In this document: one piece after another, positions 39,901 to 54,129 of the stretch | How the letters are laid out: each line of letters starts with the position of its first letter | Numbering within the stretch: the stretch's first letter is position 1 | Assembly: GCA_905331295.1 (NCBI GenBank) | Contig: CAJNYD010000113.1 | Coordinates: 1-64,000 of the forward strand | Source: Rotaria socialis | Lineage: Eukaryota | Reading direction: 5' to 3' | Length of the DNA stretch: 64,000 nt | Notes under the pieces: model-generated | Databases searched by the model: none | The model's input: only the letters and a program-made list of their open reading frames with translations | Told to the model about the DNA's origin: nothing | Made by a program: the position numbers and the translations under genes

Positions 39901-41283
39901 ACATATATGCCTAATCCATTATCGCATTGTAATACAAATCATTCACAATATTTCAAATTTATTGGACGTATTATAGCTAAAGCTATATTTGATAATAAAT
40001 GTATGGATTGTTATTTTACACGTTCATTCTATAAACATATACTTGGTATACCTGTACGCTATACAGATATGGAATCGGTTGATTTGCAATTTTATAAAAA
40101 TCTAGTGATGTTACTAGAAAATGATATACATCAGTTAGGTTTAGACTTAACATTTTCATTAGATGCTAGTGAATTCGGTGCAAATAAAGTGATTGAATTA
40201 ATAGCATCTGGTTCAACTATAGTGGTAACAAACGAAAATAAACATGAATATGTTCGACTTGTTTGTCAAGAGAAAATGATTGGATCTATTCGACAACAAA
40301 TTAATTCATTTCTAGAAGGTTTCTATACAATTATACCAAAAAGTTTAATCTCAATATTTAATGAACAAGAATTAGAATTATTAATATCAGGTTTACCAGA
40401 TATTGATATTGAAGATCTCAAAGCAAATACTGAATATCACAAATATAGACCAAATTCGTTACAAGTAAATATTGAATATTCTTTTCTTCTTCTAGAATTC
40501 CTAGTATAACGATTTTTCTCCGTCAGTTTTCTTAAAAAATAAGAACTAAATTTTCTGAAAATCATTCCAAACTCACTCTTGACAATTTCAATGACTAAAA
40601 CAAATATCAAAGACAAGGATACTTAGTAGCGCAGATATACATCACACCATTGCTAATCATAAAAGTTCAGATTGATTTCAACTCTATTTAATTTTGTATT
40701 GATCTCCGACGAGTTTCATATAATCAATGTCAAAACCTTAGTAAATGAATACTATTTAAAATCTAGCAACAAACAAAATAGTTCGATTATCTGTGAATAA
40801 TATCAATTTAGTTTATTCGGTATTTAAAAATTTTCTGTTCGTACAATGAGATCATGACAATCCTAGTTTAGCCGTACGAGAACTATACATACAAATTTCT
40901 TTTGCACGTCTTAACTAATTTTGACTTTCTATTTAGATTCAATGGTTTTGGCGTGCATTGCGATCATTTGATAAAGAAGATTTAGCCAAATTCTTACAAT
41001 TTGTTACAGGTACATCAAAAGTACCATTACAAGGCTTTGCTCATCTAGAAGGCATGAATGGTGCACAAAAATTTCAAATACATCGTGATGATCGGTCAAC
41101 TGATCGTTTGCCGTCAGCTCATACTTGGTAGGATCTTTTGATTTTTTGCTTGAAATATTATTTATTCATATATTTATATTTAGTTTCAATCAACTGGATC
41201 TCCCAGCTTATGAAAGTTATGATAAATTACGTAAAATGCTTTTGATTGCGATTCGTGAATGTGCTGGATTTGGATTTGCTTAA
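21908..41283 (+). CDS. HUWE1: HECT E3 ubiquitin ligase HUWE1 (~25 exons, roughly 4,900 aa by my exon sum)
   Basis: N-terminus [31 protein letters not shown]-like region ([20 protein letters not shown]), UBA ([13 protein letters not shown]), UIM-like ([13 protein letters not shown]), WWE ([14 protein letters not shown]), acidic region and three UBM-like repeats ([44 protein letters not shown]). HECT domain ([15 protein letters not shown] ... LPSAHTC|FNQLDLP, ends GFGFA*). Confidence 0.97.
28200..28239. repeat. 15-bp tandem repeat (ACTTAAAATAGTCTT, ~2.7 copies) in a HUWE1 intron
   Basis: Directly visible tandem copies. Confidence 0.8.
28962..29066 (+). repeat. Coding CAA/CAG repeat encoding 35 consecutive Gln in HUWE1
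   Basis: 105 nt of mixed CAA/CAG codons between CTG (Leu) and AAT (Asn). Confidence 0.95.
36921..37177 (+). repeat. Exact 128-bp direct duplication joined by a single N (probable assembly artefact)
   Basis: 36921-37048 equals 37050-37177, with n at 37049. Confidence 0.9.
37267..37547 (+). repeat. Exact 140-bp direct duplication joined by a single N (probable assembly artefact)
   Basis: 37267-37406 equals 37408-37547, with n at 37407. Confidence 0.9.
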
Positions 41284-42358
41284 ATTAGCACATATTCTGT
41301 CTATGGCCTGTTAAAGCAACAGCTAGTCTTTCGCCGTTATTTGCTATTTTGTTGTGTTTTTTTTTCTTTCTCTATATATGTTCTCGTTTTTTTTCTTTTT
41401 TTCGAATATCATGAAACGGATATTAGAACTCACACATTCTCTCCTTTGGTTGGCTTTGATCAATATTAGATTGATTGACAGTGAATTTTTCCTTGTGCGC
41501 CGGTCATTTTTTTCCTTTTAATCCGACCTATCCAACGGTTCTGTTCATTTGCGTGTCTCTATGTGTGTGTGTGTGCGTGCGTGTGTTTTCTCTCTTTCTC
41601 TATATATAAATCTTCATGCGCTGCAGATGCATTCCTTGGCTAGCGATATTATAATCCGTATCGTTCACTTCGTGGTTACTATTATTCTTTTGATGTTATT
41701 TGAGTAGAGAAAAAGAAATCATACGAATGTTCGGCGCTCTATTTCTATTTTATGTATATAAATAAACGAGAGAAGAGATATTGTTCAATCTTTTTTTCTT
41801 CCTTAATTTATCCTATAGGATTATTTACCTTAGTTTCCGATATAATGGAACTGCAAGAAAAAATTCAGAAATAATAAACTATGTATTTAGTTACTGAAGT
41901 AAACACAAGTAGCAGTAATCGATTTCAGGATTTCAAGGATATTGAGAAGCAAAATAACATACATGGTAATCGTCTCCTTAGAATTCAATAGCTTCTACGT
42001 ATGGACTGCAACAATGGATACGATTTTAATTGAAACTAGTAGTTCTGATTAACATGCAGATAAATAGAATATTAAGACTCAGTGTTGACTTCGTCATGGA
42101 CATGATTAAATGTTTTAGACAAAAAAGAAAGAAAACCGTAAATTTCCCCGAAGAGAAATAGAGATTATAACTGACGAAAAAAATATTCAATACTTGGAAA
42201 TTTCAAGCTTATGGATTCTGCTGTTTTTCCGTATGATAAATGTTGCAAATATCAGATGAGTATATCATAGCTATCGGCCAATAATTGGATTCATTGTTGC
42301 TAGTATCTAAATAGCAATTTTATTGTATTGTTGTCCAATGTTTTATTTGTAGAATAAA

Positions 42359-45300
42359 ATGTCAAATTTGTACAGTTACTTTCAACGTATCGAGCCAAAA
42401 AAAATGGCCGCTACAACAGCGAACGATGAATCGACTAGTCAAACAAAAGTTACACCGAAACGTGAAAATAATGGACTTACAAAAAAGAAACAAACGCCGA
42501 AAGAGCCACGTAAACCGATGAATATGAGTGATATCTATAGTGCTGATTCACCTAAATCTGAAAAACGAAAAAAATCATCAACAATTGCAGCAGATGATCA
42601 TGATATATCACCGAAAACTAAAAGTAAAATAGTTCTATAAATATGAATAAAAAGGTTTATTTTTTCACATAGAGCGAAGAACACTCAATGCACGAAATGA
42701 ATCAGATAATGAAGATGATGATGAACCAAAACTAAGAGTTAGCAAAGTAAAATAAAAATTCGTTGAATTTCAAAAAAAAAAGAGAGAAATTCACAAATCG
42801 TTTTTTTTTTAGAGTCAAAATAGAAAGCGTGCTGCTATTCTTGATAGTGATGAAGAGGAAACAGAAAATGGTATAGCCAATCATTTTAATATATTGTTTT
42901 TAATGAATTGTTTTTATAGCTCGTATGGACGTTGATGTTACACCAATAAGTAAAAAAACAATCCAAAAAGATACAAAAACGAAAGCTAACAATTCAACTA
43001 AAACATCACGAAAGAAAAAAGCTGAAGAAAGTGAAGATGAAGAGGTATTATACAATGATGGTTCAGAAGAACAAAGCGATCAAAATGAAAGTGAACCTGA
43101 AGAATATGATGAGGATGAGGATGATGAAAATCAAGTATAAATAAATTATATTTAGTTTGTAAAATAATTAATTATATTTATTTCCTATGAAAGACAAAGA
43201 CACCAAAACGACGAACAACGACGTTAAATAAGACAAAACGGCCACCAAAACATGTCAATGATAGTAATTTCACGCATCTTTCTTTGGAATTTCTCAAAGA
43301 TGGCCATCGACGGTGAGTTATATTAAATACTTAAACAATAAAAGGTGTTAGCACACTTCTTCTTGTAGGATTGGAATAGGAAATATAATCTAGCTGCTAT
43401 TATCTATCATATAAAGGAATTTTTTTTATAATTTTCGGATATAGAGTTTTAGTTTAGCCATTAGAACGAGACCTTATTTACATATAGTCTATAATTGTAT
43501 ATTAACATCTGCGATGTGGAAGCAGTAAATGTTGCTAAAAATTGTTTTTCAATATCTCTGACTAGTATTTACTATGATCTGTAAGTTTTTACAATAGACG
43601 TTGACATTTCTTTGATTTCATATTGGAAAACAGCTATAATGGAAAAAATTCTTTTGATATTTTCAAATTGTTTTGTTTTAAATAAAACTCAATTAACTAT
43701 TGTGTTATTTTTTATTTTATTTTTAGCGTCTTTCATATAATTATATTCATGTCGTTTACATGTCTGATTAATGGAATGGTTTTCACTAGTTTTGAATAGA
43801 TAATACAGAAAATAGAGTTGACTACATCGTCGAGAATAACATGCACTCTATGATAAAATAATGCTATAATCTGTTTTATTCAATACAGCATTTCTCTTCT
43901 GATTCTTAATAATGTTTTTGTTTTCTTTTTCTATTCACAGTGATGCTAATCGTCGTCTTCATACTGATCCAAGTATGTTCATCAATGAAATAGATTGCTT
44001 ATGTTTTCTTTTTTTGTTAATTATTATCTAGATTATGATTCACGTACATTGTATGTTCCAGAAGAATATCTTAATAGTGTTACACCGGTAAGTTGTATTG
44101 AGGATTTTATTTTATCAATCTATAAAACTATCTTTTTTGTCTTTTCTCAAGGCCTTACGACAATGGTGGGTAATGAAAATGGAATATTTTGATACAATTC
44201 TTTTTTTCAAAGTAACTATTTCTTGTTCATATTCTTATTATATAAAAGCATACTTTTGTTTCTTATAATATTTTAGGTTGGCAAATTTTATGAGCTTTGT
44301 ACGTTAGCTTCTTTATATTTTAAAAAGAGTGATCTCATAATTCGTTTTTACTACATTTAACAGATAATATGGATGCAGTTACTTGTGCACCAGAATTAAA
44401 TTTAACAATGATGAAAGGTAAATAATTTCTAGTGATTTCATTTTACTTAATCTTTATTCGTAGGTGACCTGGCACATTGTGGTTTTCCTGAAAAAGCATA
44501 TAGTAAATTTGCTGATATACTTGTGTCAAAAGGCTATAAAGTAGCACGAGTCGAACAAACAGAAACACCAAATATGGCGAAAGAGCGTCTTGAACAGCGT
44601 ATGCATATTTATTCATTTATTTATTTATTTATTTATTCCTATTTGTCTTGTACGAAATTTCAATAGTGCATCTTTTTTTTCTTATAGAAACAGGAAGAAA
44701 AAGTAAATTTGATAAAACAGTACGTCGGGAAATATGTCAAATAACTACACCCGGTACAAAAACATTTAATACATTAGACAATGATAATGTATTTCGTGAA
44801 AGTTCCTATTTATTATGTGTTGTTGAAGTGGTACGTGTATTTAATTAAAAAACAAGCAAGGTAATTATATCAGTTTATTTTCTATTTAGCCAATCACTGG
44901 CAATAAAATGACACCATGGGAATTCGGTATATGTTTTGTTGATACAACTATTGCACAATTTTATGTATGTTCGAAGGCTTTTTTGTTTTCATGAATCTAT
45001 CATGAATTATTCTTGTTTAGATCGGTCAATTTGAAGATGATCGATATTTGTCACGTTTACAAACTTTACTTGCTCAGTATCCACCAGCGCAAGTAATATT
45101 TATTTCCATGGTGTTCTTTCTTTTTTTTTCAATTTGAATTAAAATTTTTTTTAAACAGATATTATGTGAAAAAAATAAATTATCAGAAAAAACGAAAAAG
45201 GTTTTAACATTAACTCACGCTAAAATTGAATATTTAATGCCAAATAAAGAGCTGTATGAAACAACAAAAACACTTGATATTCTTCGTGATGATACATATT

Positions 45301-48300
45301 TCAAAGATGAAAAAGGAAATCTTCAATGGCCAGATGCATTTCAACATGTTTTTAATGAAGGTAAATATTTAATCTACGTAAATGGTGAAAGTCTTGGTAC
45401 AGATTATGCACTCATTTTTCGGTTATCCAGGGACGCTTGCTTAGATACTTCTTGAGAAAATGTTCAAATTCTTCTTCTGAATCAAGATTAAATAGCTATC
45501 AGTAAAATTTTGGTGGCACAGTCTAGAATAGTGTCAGTACTAGGTAAGATAAGAATTTTCGTACAGTCCTTAGTTTATGTCTTCAAACAGGTTTTATTTT
45601 GCATCGATTAAAAGAAGTTCTGTTTCAAAACTACAAAAGTTTAAAAATCTAACATACAAATGTAAATAAAATATTTTTGACAGAAAGTTCAATTGTTAAA
45701 AGCTATTTCGCATTTTGAATTTAATAGGTTCCAATCGAGACATAGAATCAGCTTAGTTGAATATTCTATAGGATTACTAAGGATTTGTTTGATCTAATGT
45801 AAGAAAGATTAAAATCACAAAATTTTGATTTTAATCAGCAGTCTCTGAACGATGAACAATTTGAATGAATATATTTTGTAGAATAGATTACGCATTATAA
45901 AATATATTCATAGGTGATCAACAAGGTTTACATATTCGTTCAACTTTTCAATTATCCATGCGAGCATTAGGTGGTATTCTTTGGTAAGTTTATTACTACT
46001 TTGAAATCTATAATTCGATGATTTGCTCAGGTATTTACAACATTGTCTTGTCGATAAAGAACTTTTGTCAATGCGTAAATTTTCGATATTTCAGCCACCT
46101 GATGAAAATATCGAACTTAAAGAAATTTCAACATTTAAACAACAAAATATGGTTAGATTAATGATTGATATATAATCATTAAATTCAATAGAATGTTTTA
46201 TTTATTTAGGTACTTGATGCTACAACATTATATAATTTAGAAATTTTATCAAATAGTCGTGGTGGAAAAGAAAATTCATTATTATATACATGTGATCGTT
46301 GTTCAACTCATTTTGGTAAACGTCTTTTGTCTCGATGGCTTTCAGCGCCATTATGTAATGTCAATGAAATCAATGAACGATTAAATGCAATTGATGCGTT
46401 ACGAGATAAAACTGATTTATGTAATAAAGTTCGTGATAAACTCAAAATTATTCCAGATCTCGAACGACTCTTTTGCCGGTAAAGAAAATTGACTCGACTC
46501 GCGATGTTTTATTTATTTATTTTCTTGATTAGCATTCATTCTCTTGGTCATCGCCCACTCGATACTGAACATCCAGAAAATCGTGCCATACTTTATGAAG
46601 ATATTACTTATAGTAAACGAAAAATTCAAGATTTTCTAGCAGCACTTACTGGTTTGAAAGTGGCTAATGAAATCGTTCAAATATTTGCCAAGCACAATGA
46701 TTTATCAACATCGTCTTCATTGCTCAATGCTATTATATATCAAAATGATGAAAATAAAAATAAAAGTTTTCCAAACCTCGATGAGTTACTTGATTATTAT
46801 ACAAAAGCATTTTCACATGCACAAGCACGTACTGAAGGTAAAATCATTCCAACAAGTGGCGTTTGTCAACAATATGATGATGCATTAAATGAAATTCGTG
46901 ATAATGAAAAAGCTTTAAATGATTATTTAAGCAAACAAAAGAACATTTTAAAAAATCGTGATATTAAATATGTACATGTACAAAAAATACGTTATGCAAT
47001 GGAAATGTCTGAAAGTGCATGTCGAAACTTAGATGATGATTATGAATTAATGAGCTCACGAAAAGGCTTTAAACGGTAAAAATAATTTATTAAAATATTA
47101 TGTTGTCAAACAGTTTCTCGTCGAGTTCTTATCATGATTGAGAAAAAGCGCATTAAGAGAGACAGTTTCAGTTGCTTGCCTACGGCATCTATAGTATTGA
47201 TCGAAGAAGTTTTTAAACCAGCTTTAGTTCATCCTGATTCTGTGTAATTTGAAGCACATGATAAATTGATCTTCTTTATGATAATCATACAAATTGAACT
47301 GAAAAGCGATACTTGCTATACTATGAGTACTTTTTATAATCGTATTGCACAATTGTTTACTTTAAAAAAAGCTCCTATTTAAGAATAGAAAAGTCTAATT
47401 TTTTTTTGTTTTTTTTTGAGGTATAAAATATCTCTCTAGATTCTTTTAAGATGTCTAGTAAATTGAATATATTCATATATATTAGATCTTTGATTTTAAT
47501 AGAAAAAATCACACAGAACTAGCTTTTCTATTTATGTTAATTAGATAGAATGTTTTGAATATACGTTATGGCGATGGCAAGTACAGTTTTTGACAAATGC
47601 AGCCACGTAGTTTGAAAAAAAGAAGTCGGCTATTCTTTCTAATTGATATTTCATCTAGCGCATGAATTGAGTTACATTCTCTACAAGGAAAATAAAAATA
47701 TTGTTTCTTTTTTAATCCTTATAGGTAAAAACTCGATTCTACGTTTCATATTATCATTTGATTTTCTTGTTCTTTATTAGATATTATACAAGTGAATTAC
47801 GTGAATTACTTGAAGAATTAACTGAAAGCGAAAAAAAGAAAGAATTAGCATTAAAAGATACAACAAGTAGTTTATTTCGTCATTTTGATAGTCATCATGA
47901 AACATTCCAACGTGTACTTAGTTGTCTAAGTACACTAGATGTATTACTTAGTTTCACAGCTTATAGCCAATCATGTGCAGATATGTGTCGACCAGTTATT
48001 CTTCAAATAGAAAATGATCAGCAACCATTCATTAATATTCGTGATGGTAAGCATCCATGTATGCTTGAAAAAGCCACAAGTACATTTATTCCAAATGATA
48101 TTATTCTTGCCGATAAAGTAAAGTCAAAAAACTCTTTTCTTTTTAATCGAATTCATTTTTCTTTTAAATTTTAGTCATCAAATGAAGAATGGCAAACAAA
48201 ACCGTTAGTACTTGTTACAGGTCCAAATATGGGTGGTAAATCAACATTAATGAGAGAGACAGCCGTACTTGCTATATTAGCACATGTTGTAAGTTTACAC

Positions 48301-49309
48301 TCTATTATAAGATTAGTGGTATAATAAAATAAGCTATATAACGGTGTTCAGTCTTGGAGACATATCTGTATAGGAAGTAAAGATTCCGTTGTTAAGACTG
48401 CTAGAAGGAACAGTAACATATTACTAATCGAAACTAAACTTTGGATAGAGAGAGAGAGAGAGAAAGCAGAATTGTTGTCTACTTACGTTATTAACAAAAA
48501 ATATAAATTTTATAATAAAACTATGAATTATTTTAGGGAAGTTATGTGCCAGCAGTGTCCTGCACCATGAGTGTTTGTGATCGAATTTTTACACGTTTGG
48601 GTGCTAGTGATCGAATTATGGCTGGTGAATCAACATTCTTTGTTGAATTAAGTGAAGCATCATCAATTTTACGTCATGCTACTCGCCATTCTTTAGTACT
48701 CATTGATGAACTTGGTAATAAAATTGAATACGTTAAGTATTCATTTTTATATTAAATATGTTTTATTTCAGGACGAGGTACATCAACATTTGATGGAACA
48801 GCTATTGCTTGTTCTGTTGTTAATGATCTGGCAAATCGTATTCAATGTCGAACATTATTTAGTACACATTATCATACATTAGTTGATGATTTTGAAAAAC
48901 ATGAAAAAGTTGGATTAGGCCATATGGTATGGATTTATGAGTTGTGTCATTGATTAATGTATTTTTGTTTAATTTTAGTCATGCATGATCGAAAAGGACG
49001 AAGAAACATCAACAAAAGAAATACTTGTTTTTCTTTATAAATTTGTCGAAGGTTCATGTCCAAAAAGTCACGGATTTAATGCAGCACGTAAGTAAATCGA
49101 TACAATAAAGAATAGAATATTTTATATTATTTGCTTTTAAAGGTTTGGCTAATATTCCTGAGTCAATTGTTGAATTAGCACAAACAAAAGCCTCAGCATT
49201 TGAACGATGGGTAACACTTAAGCGAATATTGTTGACGATGAAAAAAGTAACTGATAGTTCACAACAGCACGATATTCTTCAATTCTTATCACAATTAAAA
49301 CTACATTGA
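42359..49309 (+). CDS. MSH6: DNA mismatch repair protein MSH6 (multi-exon, no PWWP domain visible)
   Basis: PIP-like N-terminus (MSNLYSYF), acidic/basic linker, [32 protein letters not shown] (Phe-X-Glu motif), [40 protein letters not shown], Walker [68 protein letters not shown]. Confidence 0.96.
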
Positions 49310-50049
49310 ATATTATTATTATTATCATCTTTCTTTTTTATCTTCTATATCTATGTGCGTGAGTGAGAACAAACGAGGTATATGTGTGAAAAATAATCAT
49401 GAGAATTTATTTGTACTGTTACTAGAAAAAAAAATGCCTAAATTAGATCTTCTTTTTCTTTCTTTTCTTTTTTTCTCTATTATTTATTTTTTGTATTTTG
49501 AAAATCATAGCCAAGGTCTTATTTTTTTGCCTGTAATGAACAAAACATTAAGAAAAACAAAAGAAGATTACATTTTTGACGGCTTTGATTTCATTTTTGC
49601 TCTTTGTGCGCGTGTGTTTATCAGCTGTTGATGACTCATACTGATTACAAAAAAATCATGAGTTGGATGGGGTGAGTGAATGAAATGGCACGCACACAGC
49701 TAACGTTGCGTCCTCTAGGGTAGACTCAGTAGAACTGTATGTAAGTGTGTCACCTAAAGATATTTACGTTTTTTCTTCTCTCTCAACCAATATTTTTTCC
49801 ATCGAATATTTCAACTGAATCATGGAACTAGTGATACTGAGTGTCAGTTTGAGGCAGAATATTCGGTTGGATCTAAATAATTTTGTATCGATTTCTTAAA
49901 TGTTTTGATCAGTGGTGATAATAAGAAAAAAATACAGAGAATTCAATTGTTCTATTTTTATTTTTGGAATAAAAAAATATATTTAACATTTTGTTTTTAG
50001 ATCTTGTTGTTGCTTTTTTACACTAATAAACCAACAAGGATAATATACA

Positions 50050-50965
50050 ATGGCATCACGTAAGAAAGTTTTACTTAAAATAATTATATTGGGCGATTCT
50101 GGTGTTGGTAAAACATCATTAATGAATCAATTCGTAAATCGAAAAGTAAGAATAATTGTGTTTGATTTTTATTTGCATAATATAATTTCTTTAGTTTTCA
50201 AATCAATATAAAGCGACAATCGGTGCAGATTTTTTAACAAAAGAATTACAAATTGACGATCGTCTTGTTACAATGCAGGTAATTCGATTTAATTTTAAAA
50301 AGAATTGACAAAATACTAGAGACTTTTTTGTTTTTCAAGATTTGGGATACAGCCGGTCAAGAACGTTTTCAAAGTTTAGGCGTTGCGTTTTATCGTGGTG
50401 CTGATTGTTGCGTTCTCGTTATGGATGTAACGTCACCAACATCATTTAAATCGTTAGAAAGTTGGAAAGATGAATTTCTTATTCAAGCTGGACCACGTGA
50501 TCCAGAAAATTTTCCATTTGTCGTAAGTTTCTATATTGATACGATTAAATATTCAAACAGAAAATATCGATTCCTATTTCTATTATTATTAAGGTACTTG
50601 GGAATAAAATTGATTTAGAAAATCGAATGGTAATTTTTTTTAAAATTTTAGTCTATTTCAAATAATATTTTTCTTGTTTAGATTTCAATGCGTAAAGCAC
50701 AAAGCTGGTGTCAAGGTACAACAAACATATATAGCTATTTTAATATCAATCATATTTGTTGGTTTTTTTGTCTTTAGAGAAAAATAATATTCCTTACTTT
50801 GAAACATCAGCTAAAGAAGGTATTAATGTTGAAAAAGCATTCGAAGCTGTTTCACGTAATGCATTAGCACGTGAAAAAGAAATTGATCAACAAACTGATT
50901 TTCCAATGCCAATACGCATTCCACAACAAGAAGAACAACCAAAGCAAGATGGATGTGCATGTTAA
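50050..50965 (+). CDS. RAB7: Ras-related protein Rab-7 (6 coding exons)
   Basis: [77 protein letters not shown] and a C-terminal CxC prenylation motif (GCAC*). Confidence 0.97.
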
Positions 50966-53900
50966 TATAATAAACTAGTAAGTATAGTATTCTATTCTTT
51001 TTTTTTCGTTCTTTCTTTCTTTTTTTGTATATAAGCAAAAAAATTAAACATTCAAGCTATTTCCATATTTCTCCTAATCTGTTTTCAAAGAAAAACAAAT
51101 GCCATGTCTATGTCCTCTTATTGTAACGTTGATCTTTTTTTCTGTATCTATTTAACTTTCGCGAGTACACTGATTTCAATCTTTTTCGTTTTTTCGTTTG
51201 TGTAAAAACAAATTTAAGATTATACGCAATATTGACTTTATTAAAATAAAGAAATTGTTTAGTCTTCTAAAGTAAATCTTCGAAGAGTCAATTTGTTTAT
51301 CTATGATTCAATCGAATGACGGAGTCATTTTACATCATTAGATAAATGTACATTTAGCAATTTGATAATAACAACAACAACAACAACATATATGCGAATT
51401 TGATAAATAAACAGCAAAGCGTTTACGGATTATGCGTAGCTCGTTTATATCATTCGAGAATGGTCAGAAATTAATCAAATAATTCTGCACATTAGTAGAT
51501 TTTCATAGATTATTAAACTTGCAAGAGTTTCACATGTGCATACACTTTAGCTTAATTAGTAAGCATCGATTTGCTTGAACATTAAAGTTGTTTATTTATG
51601 GATAGGATGAAAAATATTCCGGTAAAGCAAATGATTTTCAAAAAGTCGCCTATTATCATTTTTACACACAGCTACCAAAGCCAACCAGACGATCCTCGAG
51701 ACTTTTTTTAAGTCAAATTAACAAATATCTTTATGCATTCAAAATGTCATGTCCTTCAAAAAATCTTGTGAGAAATATAACTTTAGAAAAGGCTTGAGAA
51801 TTAAGAACTGCTAGCTGAACTATTTATGAAATAAAGAAACATACTTGGTAAATCGTGCAAACTGAAAGTGCTCATTGAGAATGCATCAAATCAAATTCTA
51901 CAATACGCTGGATGCGCGTAGAATAACTGACAGAAAACATATTTTAATGAATTAACAATTCGATATTTATTTTTCACGATTAAATCTAGTTCACTTCAGT
52001 CTAATTCAGTCAAAGTCAAGAATGGGACTTGCATTTCATTGAACTTATAATTTGTGGATTTCTAGGCCTTTTGACTTGTCAAATCTTGAACATTTTCATA
52101 ATTTAATCCAATTTATTTTTGATTGTCCGATAATTGCAGTAGCGAATTAAAAAATCATCACAATTTAATTATCAAATAACTGAACAGTATTTCTCTTTTA
52201 ATTAGAAATAGAGTCTAACTACACACAATTATCACTTGTGATTCTCGTTTTCAGACGACCATCAAGTTTGAGGCTTGCTCTTTTCACCTATAGATGTTCA
52301 TTGCTAATAACGAGAACAATGAAGTTTCACTGTTCGACGTAGATGTTGCTAGACAAAATGATGCATAAATCGTGTGCATTTTCTTAAAGAGATAATCACG
52401 TTTTACAGATAATTAATAAAATAAATGTTATATCTGAAAAACAACAAAAGTTAAATTCATTCTTTACAAGTAAATAATTGTTTCAAATGAGTTTAGCTCA
52501 TCAGAGTAGTCAACAACAGGATTAAATTATTAATCATGTGTGGATACTCATGAATACTTTGCAATAATTACTTATGAATGAAAAAATTCATAGAATACAC
52601 CAATACCCGACTGATATAAATGAGATAATGATCTTTTACGGTAGTGAAAAATAAGACAATTATATCAATCATACATATGGTTTCTACGTCAGTAAAAACA
52701 GATATACATACGTATATCCGTTTCGTACAATAGTTTTTCTTACTTAACACGATCGATCAGTAATAAATATATGTATATACATGACGTTTCATCCAAACTA
52801 AATCTAGCGTTAGATATTTTGTCGATTTTCTCTCAAGAAAATAATAGATTTCAACAATTAAATAACTTGAATATAAATTACTTCATACGAAATAGTTATT
52901 TTTTATTAATGGTTTCACAAAGTGTCCTTTTGATCTTTTACTTTGAAGTGATGGATGCATAAATCAAATAGTCTTTATAAACTGAGCATTTTAATAGGAA
53001 TTATTTTAAGATAATTTATGTCATATTTTAGTTCGAGAGAAGTTAGACTTTTTAATTGAGCTAATTTCTACAGCTGCTGATATCTCTATTGTAAAGATAT
53101 AACTTTCTTTCAAACTAAATACATTACAAAACTTGTGATAGATTACTATGATCATCAAGTTTAAAGTTTATTTAAATTACTGAAGTCAAAATGATTTTCT
53201 TTTTCAAAATACTACCAAAATAAAACAGATTGATCGATTTGGATCAAGTATCAGATCAGGTTGCAAAATTTTCTCGGTTTATATCTCAACTATGATTGAT
53301 TATCCTGAACTCATCAGTCGAATTTTCTTTTTCGTCTAAACAGAGATTCAATTCGATCAGTTCGATAGAATACAAGAGGAAGGATTGACATTCATTTGTT
53401 AATGTTACGGTTTGATAATATTGCTGATCAAATGTAGACTGAAAAGTTGAATCATAAAATTCAAAAATATATTAGTTTTCATCTGTAAAAGCAGAAGTTG
53501 CAACTTTTTTTTGAAATATGGATATAACTCTAGACATTATCAATATGATGATGGAATGCTTCTTCAATTTAAGTATCAAAAAGTAGCATTTGAAATCTCT
53601 AATTCGAAAGTTTTTTTTCTCATGAGTACTATCAAGAGAAAGCTGCACTCGTTTTCAAATTAATATCACGCACACAAAATGAACTGGTCTTCAATGACAA
53701 AATACACACATATATTTATAGAAACTTTAATATCAAGTTTCAAATCAGTACACAATGTCATACGGTTGAACAGACGATAAAAAATAGTTTTATTTTTCAA
53801 ACAGTCAGAATATTTGCATCCTAAATTGCAGAATGCAAGCTTAACTCAATATTGAATAACTATTAGATTTTCAATTCTGAAATGAGCTGAGAAATATAGT

Positions 53901-54129
53901 GCTCATTCATTCTCATTTTTTTTTCATAAATATAAATAATTGGAAGTTGGTTTCATTGAATTACTTTTTATTTTCACATACGTATTAACAAACACAATCA
54001 TAAATACATAAACCAATGAAAAAAGAAATGATGATAGCTATACAAAAATAAAATGATAATATGTTTAACGATGTTTTACATCTAGGTTAATTATGCCTGT
54101 TTAAAGTCATTATATGAATTAAGAGTAAT

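Noticed and set aside
49632..49638. AP-1-like TGACTCA upstream of RAB7
   Set aside because: A single 7-mer is expected by chance in 64 kb, and there is no supporting context.
41284..50049. HUWE1-MSH6-RAB7 as a trans-spliced operon (same strand, short spacers, AG acceptors just before each ATG)
   Set aside because: Plausible cis donors lie upstream (GTAAGT at 49741 for RAB7, GTATGA ~42231 for MSH6), so ordinary 5' UTR introns explain the acceptors. SL-containing reads would be needed to support an operon.
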